Shown: positions 12,101 to 24,112 of the stretch, piece after piece
Layout: each line of letters starts with the position of its first letter
Numbering within the stretch: position 1 is the first letter of the stretch
Assembly (NCBI GenBank): GCA_000697335.1
Contig: JNEM01009031.1
Span: forward strand, 1 to 43,014
DNA: 43,014 nt
From: Conidiobolus incongruus B7586
Lineage: Eukaryota
Reading direction: 5' to 3'
Notes under the pieces: generated by a model
The model's input: the letters and a program-made list of their open reading frames with translations, nothing else
What the model was told of the DNA's origin: nothing
Databases searched by the model: none
Translations under genes and position numbers: made by a program

Positions 12101-12709
12101 GTATTTTGCATATTTTTATTACCCTAAGTCCAAAATAGTAAGCATTTTGACGAATAATTCGGTTTCATGATAGGGAAGAATAGAATTGACAATTTGTTGT
12201 ACATTAAATTCGTTAATTCTAAATAAGATAAATTAAAAAATGATTATATTTTTTGAAAGTAAATTATATTACCTGAATCGTCTTATAAGCCATTCAAGAG
12301 CCTTAGCAGCTGGATTAATTAAAAAGTATTGGGATATGAGTATTAAAAGTTCTTCAATCTGAATATCAAGTTCCTCATTTTGTTCTTTTGTCTATAAAAT
12401 AAATTAATATTTGAATATTATTATAATTTGAGTGTTTTGTAATACCAATAAAACTCTGTTCGTTTCTTTAGAAGCTTGAGAAAAGAAAGTCGTTTCAAAT
12501 TTTTTAAATTGTTTATTTAATTGACATAATTCCAAAAAACCGGAAGTTGCCAATTCAAATATGGTATCATTACTTTGTTCTGCAGCTTCTTTCGAATTAA
12601 ACAAAAATGAGTCTTTATGCTTTTGAGAGATGTTGGATTTTATTCTAGGTCCATCAGGGTTTTGGATTTTGAGCAATTGCTCCTGTAAAGATGTCAATTG
12701 ACGCGCCAT
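6121..12709 (-). CDS. UTP10: U3 snoRNP/SSU processome HEAT-repeat protein Utp10 (HEATR1/BAP28)
   Basis: Exons 12709-12446, 12391-12273, 12218-12123, 12072-11952, 11893-11723, 11661-6373 and 6321-6121 splice in frame. Motifs LTSLQEQL, SFLFNSKEAA, KALEWLIRRF, LPYHET, NPQTHNSALLLL, VLHNIMPLFTFMG...DDNYSF, HIPAHRRLKL, ETIPFLAEVMEDD. Confidence 0.96.
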
Positions 12710-12901
12710 AATTATTAATGTTGAAAATAAATTCTATATTTAAGGGTTGGCAAAATAGATATTTTTAATGATAGTATATTCTATTGCTGTGAGGGGTTAG
12801 GTAAGCCAACAATTCTATAAAAAAATTCTATGAAAATTTATTTACAATAAAAAATTAGTATAGAAAATTATTAGTTTATATAGAATTTTGATATTTTCAA
12901 T

Positions 12902-12910
12902 TTATGGGAT
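12902..12910 (-). promoter_or_regulatory. Recurrent promoter 9-mer ATCCCATAA upstream of UTP10
   Basis: TTATGGGAT on +, ~195 nt upstream of the ATG. Confidence 0.45.
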
Positions 12911-15900
12911 TTCATAATTTTTTTATTTAAATTTAATTTTTAATGTGAAAATTGGATTGTATTTTTTTTTATTTAAAATTTTTCATTAAATATAATCCTT
13001 GTAAAATATTTTAATATCCAAAATGTAATTTTTTTTAAAACAATTTTCTCATTTTAATAAAAAATATTAAATTTTAATGATATTTTAACTTGTTATATTT
13101 GGCAAACAATTTCATTTAATATTAATTGATCAATAGAGGTATATTTTTAAAGATAAAAATATATTAATAGTTCTGCTTATTATTTAATTTGAGACTAATA
13201 CTAAGTATTTGAATATATCAAAGATTTTCAACTTAAGTTATAGTTGATTGAGACAAAATTGATTAACAAAAAATTTATACTGAGAATTACAAAAATCAAT
13301 AAAATGTATAAAAACTTGATATATCAAATTATCCTATTGGATATATTTTATTTGATTTATGTTTCGCAAATTACATGAAAATTCTCAATTTTGGGTTAAA
13401 TATCATGAATTTGAGATACAAAATGAAAAAAATTCCATTTTAAAACAAACATTACGAATATGCTAATGATTACTTATATTTTTAATCATCCCAGCCAAGC
13501 TATAGGTCTTTTCAGAGCAAAAAAACTAATATATCTTACTCAAAGAAAAAAAATAGAACAAGTGGATTTTTTTGAACTTAGCAATAATTTAGAATAACAT
13601 TAGCAAATATTGCTTATTTAAATTTCAATATTAATAATATATAATATTTAAAAATTTCTCTTGATGATATATATTACAATGTATCATATTTAATATATTA
13701 TCAATATTAAATATTGATTATTATATTGAATAATTTATATAATTCATATTATTGAAATAGAATTTGAGTATCAATGTGTTGAAATTAATATTCAAAAAAA
13801 ATAATATTATAAAATTAAAGGTATTTATTACCTGCCAATAATCACTTTGATATCAATTCACAAAATATTTCATAATTTGTAAGAATTAAAAAACACCCCC
13901 AAATTGATATTGAATGAATATATGAATTTTTATTTGAATAAAATAGGTTTTTACACAGGTTGAGAATTTAAAAAACAAAGTCTAAAATTTCATCCATGAA
14001 AAATAGCCTACTCTTGAAAACTGAAGGTGCTAGGCGGAATTTACGCAAACAATATGAAAATTCATGCGAGGACGAGAACTTGGTTCCAAAACGGCAACAA
14101 ACAAGATATGGAAAAAGCATCAATAATATCAATACAAATGGAAAAATGGAAAACTGAAGAATATACAATCCGAATCTGAAGTCAATTAAAACAATTATCA
14201 AAATATTTTGGCTGCTCAAAGTTGAAGGAAATGGATATGAATTTAAAGACACATCAACAAGACTTTAAGAGATAATTTTGAAAAAACAGCAAAATTAGAA
14301 TTCTCTATTATTTAAATAATAGTATGTTTACTTTAATCTAACTTGGTTGTTATATTAACTTGCATATCTATTATTTACTTGATCCTCACGAATCATTACA
14401 ACTAAATTGGTAATTATTTTTAAATTGATAACTCAATATATATATCTATCATTCTAAATAAAAACTGCAAGAGTATAAGCTTAGACACTTGAAGGCTGGA
14501 GTTACATGATAAAAATGAATTTATTAAGCATATGTATAGTCTAATTTTAATTAGTTTAGAAATGTATTTAACAAGAGTAGTACGAAATGTTTCAAGTAAT
14601 AAAGCTTTTATATTTATCTTTTTTAGAATCAAAATCGGAAGGTGCTAAATCTAGTTCAATTTCAAATGATGTTATAGAAAATAAGTAAATTAAGCACAAA
14701 AAATTCACACTATTATTCCATTAATATATAGTAAACCTACTATTGTAAATTTAAAGCTAATAAGTTATCGAATAATGATCAACTTTTGTAAAATTAATAT
14801 AACAAGATAGTTGTCAATATATTTTGAATATAAAACTAAAAATAATATCAAATCAACATTTTAAAATTATGCATATATTTGTTTTTTAAAATATCGGATA
14901 TTGCTAAGAATTTGACTATGAGTTGATAATTACGTATTAAATTTACCAGGCAACAATAAAATGCTAATTTTTGGAGAAAAATTTCAAAATTGTTTATATC
15001 AGTTCTTTGAGGTAGTTTCAACATAATGTACATTTGTAAATTTTACTCATTATTCAAAAAACTAATACAGCATTTTGAAATTGTTTAGTTTGATTGTCAT
15101 TCGACTTTTTAAAAGTGAGGATTTTGAATAATTAGTATATTATTAAAATCGATATATAATATTAACTTATAAATTATTCAAATTTCATTTATCATTATAT
15201 GCAAAGATATAATATATTTTATTCATGATAATAATATCAGACATTTTTGTTGATTTATCACACGATTAAAATAGAAATAAAATAATCAAAACACCTGATT
15301 GTTGGAGTGTAGCTTACATTGCCATTTAAGTATTTATAGGTTTTTGAAATTGATAAATCTGAATAAACTATGAATCAAAGTTGCTTTTATGGTTACTATA
15401 GAATTATATGCTATACTATTAGAATTTCCTTGTCAAGAAAAATAATATCAATTACATTTCAAAAAAAGTACATCTTAATTTAATATCACAAAATTTACTC
15501 CAATTCTTAATTTTTACTACTCAGCTTCTATATTTTATAAATACATTCATTAATTTATCTGTCCAAAATTGAGTTTAATGAATTTATATTATATAATTTA
15601 AATATTATTTAATATTTCCTTAATGATATACTTTCAAATAATTTGAAAATAATTTTAATATTTTTGTTTAAATTCATTTAAAAATTTATATATTATATTA
15701 AATATTATAATTTACCAATTTTAAATTTAGTATATTTGAATATAATTGTTTAACTTATTCATATATCAAACCATTCAATATATACATAATATTTTCAACA
15801 CCAATTCATTGTTCAATGACTAAAAATATTAAATTAATTCAACCCATTATATAACTATATATCATATATTATTTATTTATTTAACTATGAAAATATATTA

Positions 15901-17079
15901 TATATATAGCATTAAAGTTTATAAAATTAGTTGAAAATAAAAATCTTATTAAGAATTTAATAAATCAATGTAAAAAATAATATTACAAAGCTTTTAATAA
16001 TTTTTCAATAATATGAAAACTATACTTTTGGGTTAATAGTATTAATATTATTTCTTAATTCCAAATTATAAAAAAATATTTCAGAAAAAATTATTTAATA
16101 TTAGTTGAATAATATATTTAATATATATCGAAATTTTTTAATATCAACATACTATAAAGATTAATGGAATTTTATAAAAAAAATTAATTAAAAATTCTTT
16201 TAAATTTGAAAATTATATTTTATATAAGATATTTATAATATTAAAGTCTTTTTATCTAATAAGTTGAATATAAAATATTCCTTATATGAATTATTATAAT
16301 ATAGATTTTAAATTTTTTTTTAAATATTTCTGTTAAAAAATAGATTATAATATAACTTATTTATTTTAATATATATTCCTAATTTCTTTGGTTATTAAAT
16401 TTAAATTTCAAAATCTTTATAATAAAGAAGATTTAAATTTATTATAATTAATTAATGTATTCTATGTTTACTATTAATTTTTTAATTAATATATTTAGAA
16501 AACATATTACTTAGTTATAAAAAAATATGACATATTATTATTTTTTTAATTCAAGGGAAAAAATAATAGTTTTAATAGTAATAATAAAATAATTTTTTAT
16601 ATCAAAAGTTTAACTCTAAGTTTTAATAATAGATATTATTTATTGAGTATATTAATTATAATAATAAAGTTTGTAATAAACTTTGGTTTATGTATTTTTA
16701 TTAAATAAGTTTTCTTACTAATCATATTTAATAACTCTGTTTTTATCTTTTCATTATAATCCATTATTTTTATTTCCTAAGCTTTGAGATTATTATGATT
16801 AAATTTTTATTCATATTATTTTTTATTAATTATTATTTTGATTAAGTTTAATTTTATTATACTTTAATTTTAAATATAAATAAAATATAAGTGAATTTAA
16901 TTATTACTGTTATTTTAATATAGATATCAAATATTAATCTAAATAATAATTAATAAAAAATAATATTTATTGAAGTAAAGGTAATAATATATTATTAAAT
17001 ATAAAATAGTGAAATTAAATAAAAGGTAATATTATCTTTAAAAGTATGATAATAATTTCAATAATTTCAAACAAATCTA

Positions 17080-18396
17080 TTACTCTGTATTTTTAATAAT
17101 GGGAATTTTTTGCAATTAAAAATAAATAAACATTTGAATATATGATATATAAAAATAAATATATAATATAAATTTAATAGTTTCTTTTATTATTAATAAC
17201 TTTTTGCTATACTTTTAGCAAACTTCTAAAACCTAAAAAATAGTTCTTTTTATTAAAGATTGAAATTTGATGTTTTATAAACCAATTAAATTTTCCTACA
17301 GAAATTTTTTTTCCTGTAAGCTGGTTTTTTAATTGCCTAAAGTAATTATAATCACATAGGTTATAATCAGAGGAATATACTAGATGTGGTAGTTCTTTCC
17401 AGTTATTTTTAATTAGAAAGTTTTTTAAAGCTTTAGATTTATGTATTTTGTAATTATCATGCAAAATAATAGGTCTTCTCAAATTATATTGAAAACACTA
17501 ATTAGAAATACTTTTATTTAAAAAAGCAAAGTATAGTTTATTATTAATTAATTTTCCTTCAGGAACTAAATAAAAATAGCATATACTATTATAATCCATT
17601 ACAATAATTAACATTCACTTATTAATAAAATGTTTATTTAAAGGGATTTGTAGAGGGGGTTAATTTAGCTTAATCTAGCATCTTGATTTGTGTTTTAATA
17701 AAGGATTATATATAGGGATCTAAGATTCATCTATTATAATTATTCACTGTAAAAGTTTAAGCTTCTGGTAATATTTTAATAGGTTTTATTTAGCAATAGC
17801 TACTCTAGCTTTTTTTTAAGCTTTAGTTAAATTATAAGGTACCTATTTTATATTTTTATTTATTAATTTTAGTTTAAACTTTAAAATATATAAAATACTT
17901 GTAAAACTAATATTAAAGTGCTTAAATAATTCTCTAGCTGAAATAAAAAGGTACTTTTTAATATATTTTTTCACTCTATTTACAATTGAAAGAGTAACAG
18001 TTAAAGTTGGTTTTTTAGATTTTAGCAAGTTTTGAATAGTTTTTCTCTTAGCTTTAAAGTAATTTACCTAGCAATAAATTGTTGATTTAGATAATACTTC
18101 ATTACCAAAAGTTGCTTATAAATTTTAAATAATTTTAGAGGGTTTATGGTTAAGTTTTACTGATACCAAAATAAAAAACTTTTGATGATCACTATTTGGT
18201 TTAAGTATGATTAAATTAAACAACCAATTTTAAAAAGTTAATTTTTTAATCAAAAAACTAATATATATATATATATATATATATTAAAAATATATAATTT
18301 CCTATTAACTTTGTATATATTTATTCATTTCAAACTAATAATATGTTTGAAAAATCAGAAATTAAAAAATTTCCCATTATTTCAAATTCAAGGTAA
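17080..18396 (-). mobile_element. Mariner (Tc1/mariner, DD34D) DNA transposon, inactivated; copy A
   Basis: 1317 bp, flanked by TA at 17078-79 and 18397-98. Imperfect TIRs TTACTCTGTATTTTTAATAATGGGAA / TTACCTTGAATTTGAAATAATGGGAA. Decayed transposase: *VPYNLT (WVPHEL-type), IDES*I, LHDN-x33-D with YSSDYNLCDY (YSPDLAPSDY-type), giving D34D spacing. Confidence 0.93.
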
Positions 18397-18399
18397 TAT

Positions 18400-20260
18400 T
18401 AAAATATTGAAACTAAAATGAAAATTGAATATAAGAATTTTAAGTGTTAATTATAACAAGATATTATAATATATTACTTTTAATTATAAAATGAAAGTGA
18501 CCTATTACTAATTAGATTACAAAGTTAATAAAATTTTTAACCTAAGTAATAATCTATGATATAGATTATTTATTACTATTTAAAAAATAATATAGTTGAA
18601 TCTATATATGACTGTGCTTTATTTATTGAACAGAATAAAAGGTACAATTTCTTTGCTAGTGTTTAAATATATATAATGGGTGACTATTAAGATAGCCTAA
18701 TATACTTCAGGAACAGATTTTGGCTATAAATACAAATACTCGCCAAGGTTATTTATAATTACACTGTTATTGTTAATAAATTGACTTTATATTTTTTTCA
18801 ATTTTTAGTCTAAAAGTCATTTCAATTGTCTTATAAAGCAAACTTATAATCAGAATGGTCATATAAAGAGTAATATATCAAGATATTGATTATATTAGCA
18901 TGTTATCTATAATATCTTTCATCTTACAAGGTGAAATTATTAACATTTCCATTTTACTGTTTAAAAAGTATAAATTATCATTTTAAACTGAATTTTACTA
19001 ATAATTATTTAATTACTAATAATATTGATAAAAGTTTCTTATAAAGATATGATCCTTAAAGGAATTAGGATAATTATAGTAAAATAAGATATCATTATTA
19101 GCTAGTTATTAGTAAATTTGAATTCTCTATATACAACTAATAATTAAGGTATTAATTCTAAAAAAAACTACCAAATTGATAGTAATGATTGTTAATTTAA
19201 TGAATAATTTCAAATTAGAAATCAAAAATTAAATAACAATCTTATAGGTATGTGTGATAAAATATTCCAAGGGCTATGTGTAAGGAAATAAGCTGTTACA
19301 GTAAGCGATAGTAGTTCATAATAGTTGCATTAATCATAATTTTGATGTTTAGAATTAGAATTAGACCTATCAATAGTTGATAAAAAATTCTGTAGTAAAT
19401 TAATCAGCTTTGTTTTAATAATTGTACTTCTGTAACTAAATTCGGTTAAAATAATATTCATTAAATCATATAAAATCTTTAATATTAATGATACAAATAT
19501 TTTATTATTTTTTATAATCATATAAAATATTAATATTTTATAGTTATTTTTTCAAATTGACCAAATTTGATGTTAATACAATTGATTCATTAAAATCAAT
19601 TAGCACATAAATTGTAATTAGGTCTTTTTAAATTCTAATACTAAAGTAAGTGAAATTATTGAAACTTTTGTATAGAGATAATAGGTTATAATTAGGGCTT
19701 TCAAATGTGAAATACTAAGGCATTCCCATTTATTAACAATTTTTTGAATCTGATTTAAATATATTAAATCTATTTTTTTAATTTATATTATTATAATTTT
19801 TATAATAAGTTTTGTAAATAATGATGGTTGTTAGAAAAATATTCATATTACAATTTAGTAAATTATTTATTAATCCTGCTTTTTAACCTATTGGGACTAT
19901 ATGTCTTAAAACTTATTATTGAAAGGTTGTAGCAGAATATTCAGAAAAAAACATCATTCTATCTTTATCACTTCTGTGTTTAAATAGTTGATTCAGCGAA
20001 TGATATAGGATTTGGTTAAAATCTAACAAAGAGAACAAATAGTATCCTATAAATATGGACTTACAAAGCCAGAATAAACTAGAAACAATATTAGTTTAAC
20101 TAAAAAGTTGAAATGGACAGTTAATCTTAAAATAGATGTTATCAAAAAATCAAGTATATAGTTGATATATATATTGAATTTTTTATTATTAATATTTAAA
20201 TTAGACTTTGTATAACTATATATTATGTATAGGAAATAATATAGCAAATAAAATTAATAG
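18400..20260 (-). mobile_element. Probable decayed non-LTR (L1/Tx1-like) retrotransposon relic; boundaries approximate
   Basis: The minus strand gives fragments in the expected order: LYIIYSYTKSNLNINN...LR-(N/G)CP (LRQGCPLSP-like, ~20110-20130), FILAL, YMNIFL (YLG-like), then IQKIVNKWECLSISHLKALIITYYLYTK (~19668-19749), which resembles the post-RT 'W..r.lS..Gk..li..' block. Confidence 0.4.
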
Positions 20261-20865
20261 TGTATAATGATTCAGTCTAATTTAAATAATATTACTCTAT
20301 CTAGAGTCATTCAAATTAAATTTGATATATTAAAATATTAAATAAAGTATATATATATTTCAAAAAAAATATAGTAAAATTAGCGAGATATAGAGAATAC
20401 ACTAATTATAATATGATATTAATTTAAAAATTATTAATATTTTATCTTTAACCCTCAAGGATTAAAAAAATAGATAAATTCTAATTTACTAATATTAAAA
20501 ATTTAAAAAAACCAAATAATCATATATAAATGAAAGCTATTAAAAGATATTATTAATAATCAAATTTTTTTGAATTAAATAATTATATATATTATAAATA
20601 AGAATAATATAAAACCTAATTTTAAATTCAAAATTTTTATTAAATCTAATTTTATAAAAATAACTACCAATTCCAATTAGTTATTATAAATATTATATTG
20701 ATAATATAACTCTATTAATATAAAAATTGGTTTTAGTATATAAAAAAGGATTTTAAAATAGTTATTAAATTAGATTCATCAGATTTTTTTTATATGAAAT
20801 ATATAAAATCAATATCAGAAAATTATTTGAATTTTTATTTAAAAATATAATTAAAGTTTTTATTA

Positions 20866-23470
20866 TTGCCTTAAATTTAAAATAATAGGAAATTTTTTAA
20901 TTTTTGATTTTTCAAATATATTATTAGTTTGAAATAAATAAATATATACAAAGTTAATAGGGAATTATATATTTATATAATAATTTTTTATCAAAAAAAA
21001 TTAACTTTTTAAAATTATTTGTTTTATTTAATTATATTTAAACTAAATAATAATCATCAAAAGTCTTTTATTTTAATATTAGTAAAACTTATCAATAAGC
21101 CTTTTAAAATTATTTAAAATTTGTAAAAAGCTTTTAATAATAAAATATTATCTTAATTAATAATCTATTACTAGGTAAATTACTTTAAAATTAAAAAAAC
21201 TATCTAAAACTTATTAAAATTTAAAAAACCAACTTTATTTATTATAATTTTAATTGTTAATAAAATAAAAAATATATTGAAAAACATTTTTTTATTTTAG
21301 TAAAAGAATTATTTAACTACTTTAATATTAGTTTTATAAGTATTTTATATATATTAAAGTTTAAACTGAAATTAATAAATAAAAATATAAAATAAATATC
21401 TTATAATTTAATTAAAGCTTAAAATAACTAAAGTAATTATTATTAAATAAACTTTATTAAAAATATTATTAAAAGTTTAAACTTTTATAATAAATAATTA
21501 TATTTGATAAATCTTAAATTTTTATATATAATCCTTTATTAAAACACAAATCAAAATGTTAAATTAAGATATATTAACCCCCTTTATAAATTTTTTTAAA
21601 TAAATATTTTATTAATAAATAAATGTTAATTATTATAATAAATTATAATAGTATATGTTATTCTTATTTAATTCTTAAAAAAATTAATTAATAGTAAATT
21701 TTATATTGCTTTTTTAAATATTAATATAGAAATTAAAAAATGGCAAGTTTTTTAATTTCCAATTTTTCAAATATATTATATATTTTAAAAGATTTGATAT
21801 ATATAAAATATATAGGAAAATAAATATTTTTAAACTATATATATATATTTAAACTTAATTATTTTTTTATTAAAATATTTTAATTTTAAAATTTATATTT
21901 AAATTTAATTATGTTTAAACTAGTTTATAAATATCAAAAGGTGTTTATGTTTGTATCTTTAAAACTTAACTATAAACCCTTTAAAACCATCTAAAACTTA
22001 TAAATAGCTTATAAAGATGGTGTTTTATTTAAAACTACCATATATCACTAGATTTGTGATTTTAAAACTAGAAAGGACATTATTTAAAATTTATTAAAAT
22101 TTAAAAGATTAATTTTTATTATTACTCTTTTATTTATTAATAAAGTAAAAAAATATATTAAAAGATACCTTTTTATTTCTGTTAGAGAACTATCAAAATA
22201 ATTTAATATTAATTATATAAGCATGTTATATTTACTTAAGTTTAAACTTAAATTAATTAATAAAAATATAAAATAGATATCTTATAATTTAATAAAAACC
22301 TAAAAAAAAACTAAAATAGCTATAGCTAAATTAAACTTATTAAAGTATAATTAAAAACAAAGGTTTTTATAGCAAATACTTATAATTAATAAATTTTAAA
22401 CTTTTTTATATAATTTTTTATTTAAAAATAAAACAAAATGTTAGGTTAAGCTAAATTAATCATCTTTACAAATTCTAATAAATAAATACTTTAAATATAA
22501 ACAAATGTTAATTATTATAATAAATTATAATAGTATATAGTTTTCTTATTTAATATCTTAAGGAAAATCAATTAATAGTAAGTTATATATTATCTTTTTA
22601 AATAAAACAATTTCTAAATAGTATTCTTAATATAAATTAAAGACACTTATTATTTTGCATAATAATTATAAAATATATAAAGCTAAAGCTATAAAAGATT
22701 TTTTTATATAAAAAAATTTAGAGGGAGTTACCATATCTAGTATATTTACTTAATTATAACTTATATGATTATAATTGTTTTAGACAATTAAAAAAACAGC
22801 TAACAAGAAAAAAAATTCCTATAAACAAATTAAATGAATTTATAAAACATTAAATTTTAGTTTTTAATAAAAAATTATTTTTTAGGTATTAAAAGCTTAC
22901 TAAAAGTATAGAAAAAAGTTATTAATAATAAAAAAAGCTATTAATTTTATATTATTCATTAATTTTTATATATTATTTATTAATTTATTTATTTAATTTT
23001 AATTTTAAAATTATATTATTATTTCTATATTAATAAAAGTATTTTTAATTAGTGTTTTTAATATAATTTAAGAAAACTTATTATTTTGTATAATAATTGT
23101 AAAATATATAAATTTAAAGTTGTAAAAAATTTTCTAATTAAAAATAACTAGAAAAAACTATTATATTTAGTATACTCTTTAAATTATAACCTATGTAATT
23201 ATAATTACTTTAAGCAATTAAAAAACTAGTTTATAAGAAAAAAAATTTCTACAGAAAAATTTAATTGGTTTATAAAACACTAAATTTTAGTCTTTAATAA
23301 AAAGAATTATTTTTTAAGTGTTAGAAGTCTATTAAAAGTATAGCAAAAAGTTATTCATAATAAAAGAAACAATTAAATTTATATTATACATTTATTTTTA
23401 TATATCATATATTAATATATTTATTTATTTTTAATTGCAAAAAATTCCCATTATTAAAAATACAGAGTAA
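20866..23470 (+). mobile_element. Mariner copy B (same family as copy A, inverted), interrupted by nested copy C
   Basis: TA flanks at 20864-65 and 23471-72. Segments 20866-21720 and 23036-23470 align collinearly to the reverse complement of copy A. The 3' terminal ~50 bp is identical to that of copy A. Confidence 0.92.
21721..23033 (+). mobile_element. Mariner copy C (related subfamily) nested inside copy B
   Basis: 1313 bp, TIR ends TTAATATAGAAAT / ATTTCTATATTAA, TA duplicated at 21719-20 and 23034-35; copy A has a single TA at the equivalent site. Decayed transposase from ATG 21911 with LHNN and LPYLVY...YNLYDY. Confidence 0.9.
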
Positions 23471-24112
23471 TAGTAAGATGATCTAATTACCTATATTAAT
23501 CAATAATTATATTTTTTTTATAACTATTCTAATTTAATAAATATTTAATTATCAATTCATTATTAAAAATTAAATTATAAATAATATCTCAAATATCAAA
23601 AAAAAATTTCACTAATGGCATTTTAATATTATATTTAATATTACTCACCATTTAATGAGGATATCTTATTATTCAAAATTTCAAAATTAGTAACCAGTCC
23701 AAATTAAACATGGTAATAAATATGGAAATTATAAATTAGTAAAAAATTAATAGTGAATAATTCTCACAGTTAATTCTCGCTAAGTTTTATAAAAGAAACA
23801 AATTATTTTATCAACATATCAATTTGATATAATTTGTTAAAACTATATGGTTTATATTGATTAATTAGCTCAAAATAAATTAATGAAGCTAGCTAAAAGA
23901 TATCGAATAATTATTATAAATTATAGATCCTTTCGAAAGTAACCTAGTTATTAGCTCAAAGTGACTTAAATCCAATTTTAGTGATTGCTATAGTATAAAT
24001 ATTTGAAAGTTAATAATTTATTCAAAGAATAAAATAGCAATATGATATCATTGTACAAATTACTAACCAAAATAATTATTCAAAATGATGTGGTACTAAT
24101 TATTGTAATAAT

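Noticed and set aside
12741..12985. Telobox-like GGGGTTAGG/AAGGGTTGG and an RRPE-like TGAAAAATTTT (minus strand, 12975-12985) upstream of UTP10
   Set aside because: Plausible for a ribosome-biogenesis gene, but single imperfect or low-complexity matches in very AT-rich DNA cannot be distinguished from chance.
17207..23033. In-frame TAA/TAG in transposases as a sign of an alternative genetic code
   Set aside because: Host genes use TAA/TAG as normal stops; these stops are explained by C->T and G->A mutation.
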